Below, piece by piece: positions 13,900-29,041 of a DNA stretch of 64,000 nt. The DNA lies in contig NC_045697.1 in NCBI RefSeq assembly GCF_009834535.1, forward strand, positions 81,160,001 through 81,224,000, written 5' to 3'. This DNA comes from Camelus ferus (taxonomy: Eukaryota). The notes under the pieces were generated by a model, which was not told the origin of the DNA, did not search any database, and saw nothing but the letters and a program-made list of their open reading frames with translations. Each line of letters starts with the position of its first letter. Position 1 is the first letter of the stretch. The position numbers and the translations under genes were made by a program.

Positions 13900-15460
13900 T
13901 TTCTGTATTCTCCTTTTCACTCCTCCTGCCTCCTCAGAACAGCTCGGACTAGGCCGGTCCACCCAAAGTTAATCCCTTGCGCTCTTGGTGATACTCTCCT
14001 CTGTCCTCAGGGCATTCTTCCTGTTAATTACCCACTCCCTCCTCCTATTCTAAGATATACTCTTGCAAATTTATTCTATCTACTCCCCACTATCACTTTG
14101 CCTACCATCATCTAGTCTTTTTATTTTAAAATAGCCTTCAATTTACTTATACCCTGGAGCTGCTATGCAAACTTCCCTCCCTTGCCCTGACTGAATTCTT
14201 CAAATTCTTTCATTTTTGCCCCTAGGCACTGACTCATTAGTACCTTTATATTTGGCTTTGGTTTTAACCTTCATACCAGAAACTACCTCGTTTGAAAGTC
14301 ACTAATGACTTTCTTGTTGCCAAATCTAGAGGTCTTCACCTCGTATCTAGAGGTCTGTCCCATTTGACATGCCACCCCTCTTGACAATGTTGACTTTTCC
14401 TTTGTCTTTGCAATGCTCATCTTCCATCATGATAACGAACTCAGGTCAGTCTTGTTCTCTTTTATTGATTCTTCCTCTCCCCTTGAAAAGTTCTCTGAGT
14501 TCTGCATACATTTATTTCCTTTTCTCTTTCTATGCAATAGCCTCTCTCAAATTATAAAAGGTCTTGTCTTCCGATTATTGTCTTAATGTAAAGGAATCAG
14601 AAATACCTTCAAGACTGAAAAAATTTGGTGCCACATTTGCAATCTGAGATGTAGACTTCTCAGTCTTCTCAACTCCTTATTTTTCTCTTCAAACCAACTT
14701 CTCTTCACCATTTCTATCAGTTTAGGACCTTTATGTTATTTGACCATGACATCTACCATGGCACTTCTCTTGCTGGTTTTTTCCTTTCCATTTACATTTC
14801 CATCATTCTAATTTAGAGTCTTTTTAATGTCTCCTTAGCTTTATTGCAAGAATCTCCTCATAGGTCTCAACTTCCATCTTTGCCCCCATAATTTATTCAG
14901 CATCAACCACTACATTATTCACCATCAAGCATATCTCTGTCTTCCTCCTCAGAAATGTTCACTGCTTTCAGTACCTGTCAATTAAAGTTGAAGCTACTTC
15001 AACACAATTTGAGACCCTTTAGGATGTAATCCCAACCTGCAGTCTCACGTCTGGACTGATATAACCGCATCCCATTGCCATTCCACAAACAGAACATTTA
15101 TTTCCCTGTACCTTTGTATATACTCTTGTCTGTATGCTCTCCTTTCCAACTTTACTTGTGGAAATTCTATTCCTTCTTCAAGCTCACCTCCTGAATAATT
15201 GTAGTACTCCATCCTTCTCCTACTGCCTGTACCACACATACCATTTGAGATTTTTGTTATATTAGGTGAATCACATGAAACTGCCATTTTGTAGGCCAAA
15301 AATAGTTGAGTACAGGCAATTTTACCTGGGGTAACCTAACATTTTTCCCTATTAAGTTAGAAGCTCCTTAAGGTAGAATTGAGTTTTATAAATTGCCCAG
15401 CATATTTATATTTATAATCACTCAATTAATATTAACTTATTGAATTTATGAGTTGATCAT
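13900..15460 (+). mobile_element. Degraded L2 LINE
   Basis: Pyrimidine-rich L2-like motifs ('aaagtcactaatgactttcttgttgccaaatcta', 'ttagaagctccttaaggtaga', 3' tail 'cactcaattaatattaacttattgaatttatgagttga'). Confidence 0.7.
15260..15341. mobile_element. MADE2-like Tc1/mariner MITE nested in L2
   Basis: About 80 bp with degenerate terminal inverted repeats 'tattaggtgaatcacatgaaactgcc' ... 'ggcaattttacctggggtaacctaaca', resembling recalled MADE2. Confidence 0.8.
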
Positions 15461-16466
15461 GAACACCATATACATCCTTTATAGTTAGATACAGTGTGAC
15501 TAATTAACTTTGTACTATTAGCCTACTTAAATTTTTCTACCCTGATACTTTTTTTGACATTCTGTGCTTTGAAGTAAAACACACAGAAAGGTACATATAT
15601 TTTTATAATAAGCTTTGGTATCTAGTTGTGTGAATTGCTCTACTTTCTTCAAGAGTCATAAAGTGCTATCCTCCTTTTGTAAAAGAATGAGGCCTGAGTA
15701 ACCAGTATATTTCACCACACAAAATATCTCTATTTCATAGCCACACTACTTAAGTTTTTATAACACAGATAAATGCATTTCACATATATTATGCCCTCAC
15801 AGCTAATTCATTAGTTATTAGAGAGTGCACGTATGAAGAGAGACAGAAATGGGTATGCTAGAGAGATGAGAAGGCCTAAAAAGGGATTGTGAGTGCTGAG
15901 ATCATGTCTGTATCTGCTTCTGCATTTTCAAAAGGATTAAATCTACCTAACAAATTTGTATGAGGAATCCAGAATCTTGTGTTTAATCTCACAAAGCAAT
16001 AGATAAATGTGATTCTGTTATAAAAAAATAATTGAACAATATAAACATACTTCATATACTCATATTCATGGAATAATGGTATAAAATTCAGAGACATAGA
16101 AGCTTTGATACCATTTAACCAATGACAACTATGAAAGTCTGTCTCTGTGGTGTGGTCAGTCATGATCCAGTCTTTGAGATCATTTACCTGTATTTCTTTT
16201 GAAATAAAACTGAGAACAAAGACATTGACTAGTGCGATTTTTCAATCATGATAGTCTTTTAGGTGAGGATTAACATATTCCTCTGTTTAGCTGATTTTGT
16301 GCATTTTTCTTGCAGGCAGGTCAACTGGCAATAAATTCCCTCAATTTTTGTCTGAGAAAGTCTTCATTTCATCTTCACTTTGAAGGATCGTTTCACAGGG
16401 TATAGAGTTCTAGGTTGGTGGATTTTTTTCTCTCAACACTTGAAATATTTTACTCTATTCTCTTCT

Positions 16467-16778
16467 ATCTTTTTCTACTTATCAAAGTATAATTGACCTA
16501 AAACATTATGTTATTTACAGGTGTACAACATAGTGATCTTATATTTATAAATATTACAAAGTGATCATCATGATAAATCTAGTTACCATTGTCACTCTAC
16601 AAAGTTGTTATAATACTGTTGACTACATTCCCTATTCTGTATAATACATCTCCATGACTTATTTATTTCATAATTGAAAGCTTATGAACTTAATCACTTC
16701 CCCTATTTTGTCCATTCTTCACTCCCTAGTTCTCCCTGGCAACCACCAGTTTGTTATCTGTATCTATGGGTCTGTTTC
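16467..16778 (-). mobile_element. Truncated L1 3' end (L1MA-like) with target-site duplication
   Basis: L1 3'UTR motifs 'caggtgtacaacatagtgat', 'aaatctagttaccat', 'cccctggcaaccaccagtttgtt'. TSD actctattctcttct (16452-16466) / actttattctcttct (16779-16793), 14/15 match. Confidence 0.85.
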
Positions 16779-17894
16779 ACTTTATTCTCTTCTTGTTTGC
16801 ATGGTTTCTATGGAGAAGTTGGATGTAATTCTTATTTTTGCTTCTGTATAGATAAGGTGTCTTTTTCCCTCTGGATTCTTTCAGGATTTTTCCCTTATCT
16901 TTGATTTTTAACATGACATGCTTCAGTGTAGTTTTTTGTTTTTTGTTTTCTGGCATTTATCTTACATGGTGTTTTCTCAGATTCCTGGTTCTATGGTTTG
17001 GTGTCTGATGTCCAATTTGCAGAAATTCTCATTCATTATTGCTTTAACTATTTCTTTCCTTTTTCTCTTCCTTCTCCTTCTCATATTCCTATTACATGTA
17101 TATATACTTTTATTAGTTGTCTCAGTTCTTGGATATCCTGTTTTTTTTCTTTTTTCCCTGGTCTTTTTTTCTCATTGTTTTTTAGGTTTGGAGTTTTTTT
17201 TAATTGTGATATCCATCAGCCTCAGAGATTCTTCTTCAGCCATATCCAGATTACAAATAAGAGCATTCTGTTAGTGTTTTTGATCTCTAGCATTTCTCTT
17301 TTGGTTCTTTGAACTTCCATCTCTCTGTTTACATTGCCCGTCTGTTCTTGCATGCTGTATACCTTCTCTATCAGAGCCCTTATATTAATAATCATAATTG
17401 TGCTAAAAATCTTGGTCTGTGAATTCCAACATCTCTGTCTTATCTGAGTTTAGTTCTGATGCTTGCTTTGTCTTTTCAAACTGTGTTTTTTTTTTTATCC
17501 TTTAATATGCCTTTAATTTTTATCTTGATAGCCTGACATGATGTACTGGATAAAAAGTCACTGTAAATAGGCCTTTATTGATGTGATTGTGAGGTGTGGG
17601 CAGAAGTAAAGGACTCTACAGTCCTACGATTAGGTCTCACTCTTATGGTGAGCCTATGCCTTAGTGATTTTCTCAAGGGCTTCTCAGTCACCTTCGTCAC
17701 TCAGGTAGGACAGAATGGCTAGAGGGCCTGGAGCTGGGCATTTTTATTTTCCCAGGTCAGTTAGGCTTTGGCTAAACAGTTTCTCCTGTGGAAAGACCTT
17801 GTTAAGAAAAACGGAGTGCTATGGGGTATTTCAAAATGTCCTTTATCCTTCCCCCTGCTGGAAGCGCAAGAGGAGTTTTCTCAGATATTCACTC

Positions 17895-18105
17895 TTTAAA
17901 AACAAAATCATTACTGAAATGTAGTTGATGTTCAATGTTATGTTAGTTCTAGGTGTAGTATATAGTGATTTGACTTTTGCATACATTATGAAATGATCAC
18001 CATGCTAAGTCTAGTAACCATTTGTCCCCATACAAGGTTATTACAGTTTATTAACCGTCTTCCTCATGCTGTATGTTACATCCCTGTGGCTTATTTTATA
18101 ATAAG
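17895..18105 (-). mobile_element. Second truncated L1 3' end of similar type
   Basis: 'ttagttctaggtgtagtatatagtgatttga...aaatgatcaccatgctaagtctagtaaccatttgtc' parallels 16500-16600. Confidence 0.8.
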
Positions 18106-19726
18106 TTTCCTGGATGAGCTTCTGAATGTAAAACTCATAAAAGTGTAGGGACTCCCCTAACACTGGGTCCCCCTGTTGGATTCTCAGACTCGTCCCGACT
18201 GAGCCTCCAGCAGCTTATAAATTATAGATTAGGTTTTAATACCTGGCCACTGGTTAGACTGGTGGTTTCTGTTCCATTAAGTCATAATTTTGGGTGTAGC
18301 AGTTTGCCCTGTGACCTCACTTCTATGACCTAAGAAGAGTTGTGGATTTTTCAGTTTGTTCAGTTTTTGTTGTTAGGATGGAGTGGTGACTTCCAAACTC
18401 TTCACAAGCCAGAACAGAAACCTGAAATATGCATTGTTTTATTATAAAGAAACACAAAAAAGAAATAAAGAAAAGGCAGCACAAGCACTATCTTCAAACT
18501 TGAAACACTTGCGATCTGAACTTTGGTTTCTATCTTAACTCTCCAGGAGCTGGAAATCTCTAGATTATTGACACCTAGAGGAATTTTCACTTAAGTTACA
18601 GATATCAAAGACAGGTACTAATGGAATAAAATAAGATTCTACAAGGTTTAGTTTAGGGTTTCTTTGGGATTGGCATCATAATTCCTATTATATTCATGTT
18701 TTAAAAAAAGTTAGTCCTGATGTCCTGTGTATTTCATAATATTAGTGGTGTAAGTATAAAAATATTTAACCTTTGATTAATGCATATTTAGAAGTATGAG
18801 GGAAGTATAAAAGATCCTCTAATTCACAAAAAAGTTATACATTTCCATACGAATTATATCTGAGTAGGAATACTTTTAACAATTCCTATTTCTCACTCAG
18901 ATGAAATAAGTTTTTATTGCTATGCAAATCACATACTTCTCATCTATTTTTCCTCTCATCAACTAACACATTAATAATTATCTAAAATATAAAGGAATAT
19001 GAAACGGTAGGGTGATAACCAAAGTGTAAAAACAGAAAATTTCACAGAATTTTATTGTTTAATCATTCTAGAGTTGTATAAGTTATTATTAGTAATGATT
19101 ATTGCCATTACTTTCATTAGTAATCTCATCTAACAAGAAAATTTTAGTATCAGTGATACATACATGTTTACTTTATGTGCATGTGATACCAGATTGCTTA
19201 AAGATCATACAAATACATATTAAAAAAAGAAATGTCTGTGTATTTCAAACCTACTTTTGACAATATTTATCCAACTGCTTTGTTACATAGATGCTAGCAA
19301 TAGATGAATGTTAAAAGAAAATTTTAGAATAACTATGTTGATAATTCTGAGATATTGGACAAAAAGAATGTGCACCATTTTGGTGACTTCTGGAGATTGT
19401 TTTTAAATAAGGAACAAGATATAAAATATGAATAGCAATAATATTAAATACATACAATTCCAAGTGGACTGATAGGTATTACATGTACTATTCCCTTTAC
19501 TAATTACTGTAGGCCACACATGTATTAAAGAAATTTTCAAATAATCAGTTTTGAGACTCTGCTATTCTTGGCCATCCATATAATTAACAGTTAATTAAAG
19601 ACTGAAACAAACCCAAAAAGGAACATTTTCACTCTTTGGTAATAGGTTGTAGAGTTAAAATTTCAACATATTCTTAAAGCTACACTACCTACACTATCAA
19701 CCCAGGTTGAAAATGGAAAACAAATG

Positions 19727-19750
19727 AACAAACAAACAAACAAACAAACA
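19727..19750. repeat. (AACA)6 microsatellite
   Basis: Directly read. Confidence 0.95.
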
Positions 19751-21459
19751 AAAAGGCTCCAATAATTTGTTTGAAGTCAGTTTCTTTCTTCATCCACCCT
19801 GCCCAAAATATAGTGGTATGGTGGAAATTATTTCTTTTTTTCCACCTCTTACAGATCAGGTCTGTGGTACATGTATAGCTTCAACCTAATTAATGTAGTA
19901 CCCTATAAAATTCCTAAATTATGCATCCCTGGACCACTTCATTGCTAATTTGTGATAATAAAGCTTGTTAAGTGAGCTATTCATCCTGGATAGAAATATA
20001 CAGATAATATTTAGCTTCTCCTTAAAGCCATTGTGTAGCACACACAAATTCAACCTCTCTGTGATGTGTTAATAGGGACTTCTTATCAACTTACCAGCTA
20101 CTCACAGAGAGGACTTAATCTGACTTTTTAATCAGAATGTCCTTGTAAGTGGAGAGAAAGAGCTTTATTTGACTTTACCTTAGATTAAGAATGCCTTTTA
20201 AAGTGTAAGTTACAAAAAACTGCGAAGAACTAGTAAAACTGAGATACAAAAGATAAGTTTTTTGTTTTCATGACTTTCTCTTTGTTTTCCTCTGTTTAGC
20301 TGCTTTTGTGCATTTTTTTAAAAAAATAACGTTTATCATTCAAAGCACTTGCAAATGGTAATTAACACTCATTTTGGAGCTCTCCTATGTGTAAACAATC
20401 CTTGGAATTAATTTTATTCACTATATGATCACTTTTAGAGTATATGGTATTTTTGGATCAACGATTTTCCAATTAATTTTGAATGGTGAACAGCACAGTT
20501 GCAATTCTGTTCTTCACCTTTTACTTACATTAAAGATTCATTTTGGGTAATCAGAGAATTCTGTATGAGCTATTTTTTACCTTGAAGGTTTGCTTCTGAC
20601 ACTTTAATAAATTATCCTGTAGTCTGTGCTAGAAGGTAACTGAATTTTTTGCTCAACAGCCCTCTTGTTGACACATGTTCATTTATTACTATTTCTTGCA
20701 TTAGCTGACTCACTTGAGGCTAATTCTGATGAAGTGCTTTCAAACAAGGACCACTATTGGTTTATATTAATGAGGAAGTGGTGGAAAGGCAGCTTTTGAA
20801 CAGAAGAAATTAGAAAAAGAAAAATTATGAACCTTGGGATCAATTTTTCTATGAGTCATAACATAATTAACAATAAAATATGAAGCTGAAAAGTATTAGT
20901 CCCCACACACCCTGATATTTTGCTTCATTTAGGAACTCTGTATTAAGAAGGAAAATGAGGGAGAGGGATTGGAAAGAAAGATAGACTTACACAATCATAT
21001 TTAGGAAGAAAAATTGTGCAGAAAAGCTTGAGTTAGGAAGAAACAGATTTAATCACATATCTGAAGTTGGATGATAAAAGTCCCTTTGACTTTAATGTTT
21101 GTACTGTAATTTTTCTATCATGTTATCACCTCTAGCAGCATTTCTTGTTATGAAAGGGGATATTTGGGGGAGATTATTCTACAGATATGCATTCTTTAGT
21201 AACATACCTTTCGCTATAAATGTAATCTTAAAACTTCCATGATATAAACAAATGGATGTGGTTAACCCATTTTGTTCCCTAAGTCAGTCAATTTCACATG
21301 AGGTCACAGATACAATATCTGTAAAATAATTAAGTTTTCGCCACATGTAGTGAAGCAGAATAAAATAATATTCTTTATCTATCTTGTTTTAGACCTTCTG
21401 ACTTTAAACTTGGAGGATATGTATTATACGTATAAATCTAGTCTTTGTCTGGACTACAG

Positions 21460-22100
21460 GTAAGCATCCAATCAACTAGCACTCAAACATATCTAGGACT
21501 CCAGGTCTTCTGAAGAGACTCTGGGGCATTTATTTTTCACAATTAAGCCTGTCTGTCAAGACTAGAGTCATTGCATACACGAGCTGAACAGACAAGTGAA
21601 AAGGGGGTTTTAATATGTGATGATAGGTACTCAGAAGTCTGTACAAACTATTACAGGAGCTTAGAGAGGGGAAGCACCAAACTCAACCCTGGAGTGGGGT
21701 GGTCAGGGAATTTCCAAGAGGCTGTGGTACCTAAACTGAGTGGAAAAGGGAAAAGTTAAGCAAAGAAGGCAAATGTGGGGATGGGAAGAACACAGACTCT
21801 ATTCTACAGGCATGAGGAAAAAAAGTGGCTCTTGGGAAGCAGCCAACATCAACATTGCTGGATGTTACAATCTGTGCAAAGGTGGGCAAGCAACGCTGGC
21901 TAGATTCAGATGGAGAAGAGATACGCATCTGTGCTCAGAGGTGTGGACTTCAAGGAGAAGCATTAAATAATTTTGAGAGGCATGAGGACTTGAAAAGATT
22001 TTTGTTTAACATGAGATGTATCTCTGGCAGGTGTGTGGAAGGTGAATTAAAGGAGAAACACTGGTAGGAGATACACAGCAGCAGGAGCATGATCAAGTAA
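21460..22100 (-). mobile_element. Degraded L2 fragment
   Basis: Purine-rich L2-antisense-like sequence ('tgtacaaactattacaggagcttagagagggg', 'ctaaactgagtggaaaagg'). Confidence 0.55.
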
Positions 22101-24035
22101 ACAATGCCCAAGTCACATTTTAGCCTATAGCAGAAACATTTAAATAATTCTGATGTCAGGGGAAAATCCTCAGGTTATAATACTAAGTTAAACAAATGGG
22201 AATGGGATAGAAACTGTATAATTCTATGGCAATGCATATTTTAAAAGGACTTTGAGGTACTTTAAAATGTTAAATATGGCAGGATGTAGATGAATTTTGT
22301 CTTGTTTTATTTTCCTTTATTTTTCACGTTTTCCTCAGTAAGCATGCATTTATTGCCTTTGTTATCAGAAAAATACGTAATTTTAAACATTTAAAATCAA
22401 CTCTGCTGAATTACATTCTGGTGAGGCTTTCTCCCCTTCTGGGGCAGTAAAAACACTACGCCAACCTCCTCTGTAATTATGTAGAATTTGTTAACTATAA
22501 AATGCTTGGTCCTCCCATTCTGTGTGATATGCAGTCATTTTATAGACTAGCAGCTGCAGGACACTGTGCAGGTTCAGTTATTAATTATATTTGAATTTAG
22601 ATGACTATTTTTGTTATCTGAGGTTAGATATTTCTCTCTACTCTATCAGAAAAAAAGAGCAAAGTCAAGGAACATAGTAACACATAAACACATCAACAGT
22701 AAACTTTCAAGTCTTTTTTCTTAGACCAATAAATTAATGCTTGTAAGCTTGTACTTTTACTATTCTGAAGCATTTTTGATTAAACAGAGTTTTTTTTTTA
22801 ATTTTCACAATTATGGTAAAGAAAGTGAAACACGGATTGAAATAATATATTTTAAAAATTGTTTAACTGATATGGAATATGTTCTGATAGTATTACATTT
22901 AAAAATAAAGGAAATTTTTACAAAAAAGTATGTTACAAAATATAATGCTTGGAATGTACCAGTTCTTATTCTATTACCTCAGTATCATGCCTCTGCCAAT
23001 ATCCTAACCAAAATAGTATTTTGATTTGACCCAAACCTTATAATTGAAGAATATTTATTATTATTTTCAACATTCACTTATCAAAAAATTCCCTCCTCCT
23101 ATTCAGGTATATCTTTCAATGAAAAATAAACAACAGCCATGATAATACAAAAATTTAATGTTTGCCCTTAATCATTATGATGACTGTGAATAAAGCATAT
23201 TGAGGATGGAGAGGTTGTTAGGTAATTCATTACATTTAAGCTGACATGGCATCAGGATTAGAGGCTTAAAAAATCTCAACTGCCAAGACTTACTTGAAAT
23301 ATAAATTTCTAATTTAGATGAATTCAATGGCCATTCAAGAATGTATAGATTAAGATATGACCAATTTCCTTGGGCAAATCCTTACTCATTAGTAAAGAAA
23401 ATCTTCTGCATTAATATGAAATTATAAGGTTACTGAGATGAGTTGCAAGATGTATCATTAAAATGCCAGAAGAGTTGCTATTATCTCATTTGAAATGTAG
23501 ATTTTATTTCAAATTTTGACTTAAACAGCTTGGCTTTATAGAGAGCTCTTCTTGGTTGGCATAAGGAATTATTCCAGGACAGATAATTCTTAGACTATTG
23601 TAAGGGGATGATATTTAGAGCTGTATTTATTAGCTTATCTTGTCCGTTAAACATTTATGAGCTGGGTTTTTATCGTCCAAAATGGCAAAGGAGCAAGAAA
23701 GATGAGCTGGAAAAAAGATACTATGAGACCTTGTAGACACTGAAGAGATACAATCATAGGTACAGATTTTGTCTGAGGACGCCTTAAATATGTCAGAGCA
23801 CTTTCTCTTCAGACCCACTCGAAAGCTTGGTGAAGAAATAGGGGAAAAATTAAAGGTATCCAATGAGGCATAAACTTTAGTATGTGAGCAAAAATGGAAA
23901 GCTCATCTCAATCATCCATGTCCTTAATTTCTCAGAATTGCCATTTCAGGAAATGAACATTTCTATTAGAAGAAAGAAGAGACCCTAAAACATCATCATA
24001 TTTCAATATAATGACAGTCATTCAAGGGGGTGGCT

Positions 24036-24066
24036 TGTGTGTGTGTGTGTGTGTATGTGTGTGTGT
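24036..24066. repeat. Interrupted (TG)n microsatellite
   Basis: tgtgtgtgtgtgtgtgtgtatgtgtgtgtgt read directly. Confidence 0.95.
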
Positions 24067-24349
24067 AGTGGCTGGTTTTTTGAACTAGAGAAAATGAGAT
24101 TTTCCTCGCAATTACTAGTAAGACATAGCAGTCTGGATATGATTCCTAAGTATGAGAAAGAATTTTGCATGTTATTGAATCTATTTTTTCATTCTGTAGA
24201 TACATTACTCAATCCTGTAACTTTATATGCCATATTGATGCCAATATATCTCACTGTTAACAGAGTTCTGAGCTGCAGACTTAGGTAGCCAAATAACAAA
24301 CAATGGTTTGAATGCCGAAAGTATATCTCAAAATCAACTTATCAATAAA

Positions 24350-25070
24350 TGTACTGTTGACAGCACTTTCCCCGGACTGACTCCTCTCTCAATACCCCCA
24401 TCTTAGTAAATGTGCTTCCATCCATCTGCTTCTTTAAGCTAAACCACTTCGGTCATCATTGATTATTCTTTCCTCCACATTTCACATCTAATCCATCACC
24501 AATGAAAATATATTCTATACTCAACTATTTCTCACTATCTCCACTATTTCCACCTTAGTCCAAGCATTACATTTCTGCCTTGTGATATCCTCTCAGTTGG
24601 TATCTTTGCTCCACACTTGCTGACCTCAGACTCTTCATTTTAAAACATAATCTGACTGTATTAGACCTCCTATTCAAAACCTTCCAATGACTCACAGTCT
24701 ATATATATATAAATACAAAGTCCTTATAAAAATGTAAAAATATACTTATAAAAATATAAAGAGTACAATGCAAACTCTTTTCATGGCCTGCAAGGCATTG
24801 CATGAATGGGTCCTGTTACTTTGCTGATTTTGTCTCCAATCACTTCTTTGGCTCCCTGTGCCTCAACCACCGGGGAGCTCTATTTCTTAGACATGCTGAC
24901 CAAGTTCTGCCCCAGGATCTGTGCGTTTGCTGGCCTCTCTGTCAGGAGCACTCTTCCATGAGGCGTCCACATTAACAACTGCTTCAGTTCACCTTGCTCC
25001 CTGCCGATCATCACCTCATCACAGAGACCTTTCTTACCACATACCTCCATAACACTTGTGGTTCTTCCAT
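24350..25070 (+). mobile_element. L2 fragment
   Basis: L2 motifs 'ccaccttagtccaagcatta', 'tcaaaaccttccaatgactc', 'catggcctgcaaggcattgcatga', 'cccaggatctgtgcgtttgctggcctctctg'. Confidence 0.75.
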
Positions 25071-28000
25071 AGAAAAATGGAGAAAAATTTATAAAACTAA
25101 TGTGGCTGTTAGACATTATTTTCTTTGTAACCTTATTGTAGTTTCTACTAAATTTCTAGTTAGTGAAGTTTTTAAAACACCCTTCCATGGTTTCCTGACG
25201 TATTTTTTATCATCAAATTTATTAGAATAAGTATGGAATTATTACAATACTCTAAAATTATTTTTATATCCCCTGTGTCTTTTCATGATTTTAGCTATCT
25301 TTCTAGTACTATCATTTACCTAGTTCCAGAAAGGGTATAAAAAGAACTTAGATGAATGTACAACATAAACTAAAGGTAGGTGAGAAAGAGGAAAATGTTT
25401 ACAAGCTTAGATGTTGCCAGGCACAGTCTAATAAACATGTTTATAAAAATAACCTGCTGTCAGTGGAACATAAATTTGGCTCTAAGCTTTCTAATAGTGA
25501 AAAGGGGAAACGAGTCGGCTATGGAAATCATCATTTTATAAAAAAATAAAGAAGACCAATTCTCAGAAGAATAACTATCTCTGATACTACGTTTTGTCAG
25601 GAATTTCTTTTAAGATCCTCAAAAAATGGCACTATCAATGCAATAAATAATGAGGTCAACAGAGCCGCTTCTTAGAAAGCCTACGGCAACACAAACACAC
25701 AATTTAGTTGAAGAACATTCATTATTAGGATGGTGGCAGTGAGCTGCCTTGTTCGCGATGTGAAAGATCTGGGAACACAGCTCTCTTCGTATCTGCTCCA
25801 ATTCTCAAGTAGATGTTAAGAACATGTGGAAAAATGGTAAGACTTCATAGGCTTTAAATCTTTCACCCCAAATATAGGTATTTGATGGGTATTGTGTCAG
25901 AATGAATTTGAAATGACACTTTCTGAAGTACTTGCAGTGCAACTCTTTCATATTGGCAGTTAAACCACAAGCCAGGTCCATGAACAGGTATAAAGGATGG
26001 AGGGCAGGGAGCAAGGTGGTAGAATTAATCTCTCAATAAAATCAAGAAGCTTAACAAGAATACTTGTCATCCCACCTTTTCTCAAAGATGACTGCTAGAT
26101 GTTCCTTCAGAAGTGGTTAAAATTCTCTCAGGAAATGTTTGTGCATTCAGATTAAATTGTAGACAGAATAATATACCTGAATCCATTCTTTTGGGCAAGA
26201 ATTAGTGTGTTTGTTTCACCATTGAGGTCATTACGGTCAAAATAATAAATTAACTCATTGTCATATAAAATGAGTTGTTTCTATTTATACAGCCAATGTA
26301 GGCATTATGAGTATAAATTGTTATATATCCAGCCCACTTAAAAGTAATTTACTTTTATGAGTAAAAGTCCAAGAGAAGAGTGGATGCAACATATCTATAT
26401 CTTACTCAAATGGAAATTTACAATGTTTTATCAAAAGACATGACTACCGAATCTGACTTTCTCCATAATATTACAGTGTAAGTTCTTTAGGAGCATTAAT
26501 ACATTTTTGAGCTCATATAATGTAACCTACATCCAATTTTTGACCACGGAGTCATGAGCCAAGGAAAGAACAATAAACACATAATTATTCAAAAATAATA
26601 ATTAACTCATATCCTTTGGTATCATTTCATTAAAACTTACTGTATGTTAAATATGGATGCTGTGATCTTAATTCCTTATGACACTTCTAAACTCAGATGG
26701 CTAATTTGGAATCTGTGAATTTTATTGATTAACATTTCTGATCCCAAGTTACCTATGTTAGAATTATAATTTTCCAGAAATTTTCAAAACAAAAAGCACT
26801 ACTCCCCCCCTCAAAACTGATTATTTTCACCTGTAGTAGTGCTTTTCAAATTTTATTACGTACAATAACATTCCTTGAAAGATTGACTATGCTACTCGTA
26901 AATAGCCAGACTTCAAAATTCTGATTCAGATGATTCTAGTAAGTTTACCTTTTATACTTTGAGAAACACTGGCCTATAGAAAAAATGAACTTGGGTGGGA
27001 TAGAATGAGATCACTGTCATTACCTATTTCTTTTGTTTTTAAAAAACAGATTTCAATAACAGATGAAATTTCTTCCACACATTTAAAATACATTTCTGCT
27101 TCTTAATCAGTTTTTCAGTCTACTACTGCAGTGGTGCCCAGAATGTAAGAACCTCAGGAAGTTTAATAAAACCCATTTCCAGAAATATATTATAATTCTA
27201 TTTATATCTATTTTAGATCTCAGTGTATTATATAGTAATGCATAGGAATAAATTTCATTTATAAGTAAATATTTATAAATATTTTGTGTATACTTGCTCA
27301 AAATCATCTTTATGGAGAAGGTGTATATCTAAACAGATTGTAACCACTACGTTAGAGGGAATTCCTTACTTCTCAACACCCATACAAGAGAAACAGCAAA
27401 CACAATTTAATAACCTTTAAATGCCAGCTGGAGATTGTGTGTAAACTATGAGGAACATTTTGTTTTTTTTAATAAGGTAACAATCATTCTTTCAGAATTA
27501 GTACCTTTTTTTTCTAGATTTCCCTGAAACTTCAACAATCATGGTACCAGCCTAAATTGAATTTTGCAGTTCATCTGAAAGCTGAGGTAGCAGGAAACTG
27601 AGATGGGGAGGACTTGAATTTCCAGTTAATGTTTTTAATCACTAACTTTTGAAAGGCAAGAACAACTGCTTGTTTCCCTTTAATGTTTCATCAAGTTCCT
27701 GCTCCCTCCTGGCATCGCTGCCAGACAGACAATAGGTTAACTTGGATGCAGACAGTGGCAGGTGAAGATAGGGGCATTTTTTTATGTCTGTCCTGTAATT
27801 TCTCCTTTACTATAGATGTTGATCTGATCCTTGTTTGCTCTTAAAATATTAAATTGGCACTATCCTTATGAATTTTTTAAAGTGAAGAACAAAATGAATA
27901 TAACATATTGTTTAACAAAAGTGCTAGATATGAACCCTAAAAGCAAAGTCCTCCAGTGACATGGTAAGATAACTCCTGAAGGCAAATGTTCTCACTAGCC

Positions 28001-29018
28001 TCCCTCTGCTCTCAGGAGTTCTCCAGAAATCATGAATAGGTGGCCTCTGCTCAACCTTCTAAGAACAAAACCACAAGGCTGTCAGATTCCCAAGAGAGAA
28101 CCTCGAAAGAATAGTTAATGCCATAATGGGGCCAGTGGACCAGATGTTCTTGAATTTGGTTTTATTTCTTAATGGCTCACTACTTACCCCCAAGTGACAC
28201 CAGATAGGATGCAATGAGGTTAATAAGTCAAATTAGAAGTTAAACTATAAATATACATATGTATATACACATACACAAGAAATTAAATTCACTTCTCTTT
28301 TATAATTACCTATTTAACAGTCAAAATGTGCAAAGAATTACAGCCCTCCTTTTCATCTTTAAAGTTATAAGATAAAAAGTTGTTTTTTTCTTGGGTAGTG
28401 ACAATCTTAAGAACAGATTTCTTTCTGTTTTCCTTTAACACAGAAAACATTTCATTAAAGACACTAGATAAAGTAGTATAAAGCCTGTGTGTTTTTCTGA
28501 ATATGAGTTCATTTTAAAGTCTACTTCATTGGTTGTTAATCGGAGTCTATTATTTTTATCATTATAAGTGACATTGTCAGTGGATAGTGTATAATTACTA
28601 CTTTTTTGTGGTCTAATAATATAATAATTCTAGAAGTAATGAGCTGCAGCTGTTAATTAAAGACAGCAGCAGGAGAAGGGGAAGGGAGAGGATAGAGGGA
28701 GGAAGGAGGATAAGACAGAAGAAAAGAAAGGAAAAGGGGAAAAAAACACAAAGACTGGATCCAAAATTGCAGTATTTCTATTTGTTACTCAGCTTTAAAA
28801 TCAATTCAAAAAGACTAATTTTCAGAAGTCCTAAGGTTGTTCATTTCGCAAAGACAGCCTAGGAAGAAAGGAGGACATATACTGTTGGTCTCTTATAACC
28901 CTATCTTACTCGAGAACAAAGAACTAACAAGATTTACTCCTATGCTGCTTGAGATGAGGACAGGGTTTTTTGTTTTGGTTTTTGTTTTTGTTTAGTTCTA
29001 GCAAATCCACAATCTGAT

Positions 29019-29041
29019 AAAAAAAAAAAAAAAAAAAAAAA
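29019..29041. repeat. Poly(A) tract of about 23 nt
   Basis: Directly read. Confidence 0.9.

Larger units (their letters stand above)
16305..18430 (-). mobile_element. Old L1 (L1MC/L1MD/L1ME-type) 5'/ORF1 region carrying two younger nested L1 3'-end insertions
   Basis: T-rich strand with characteristic 'tctgagaaagtcttcatttcatcttcactttgaaggat...ttctaggttgg' and 'gttttctcagattcctggttctatggtttggtgtctga'. Confidence 0.8.
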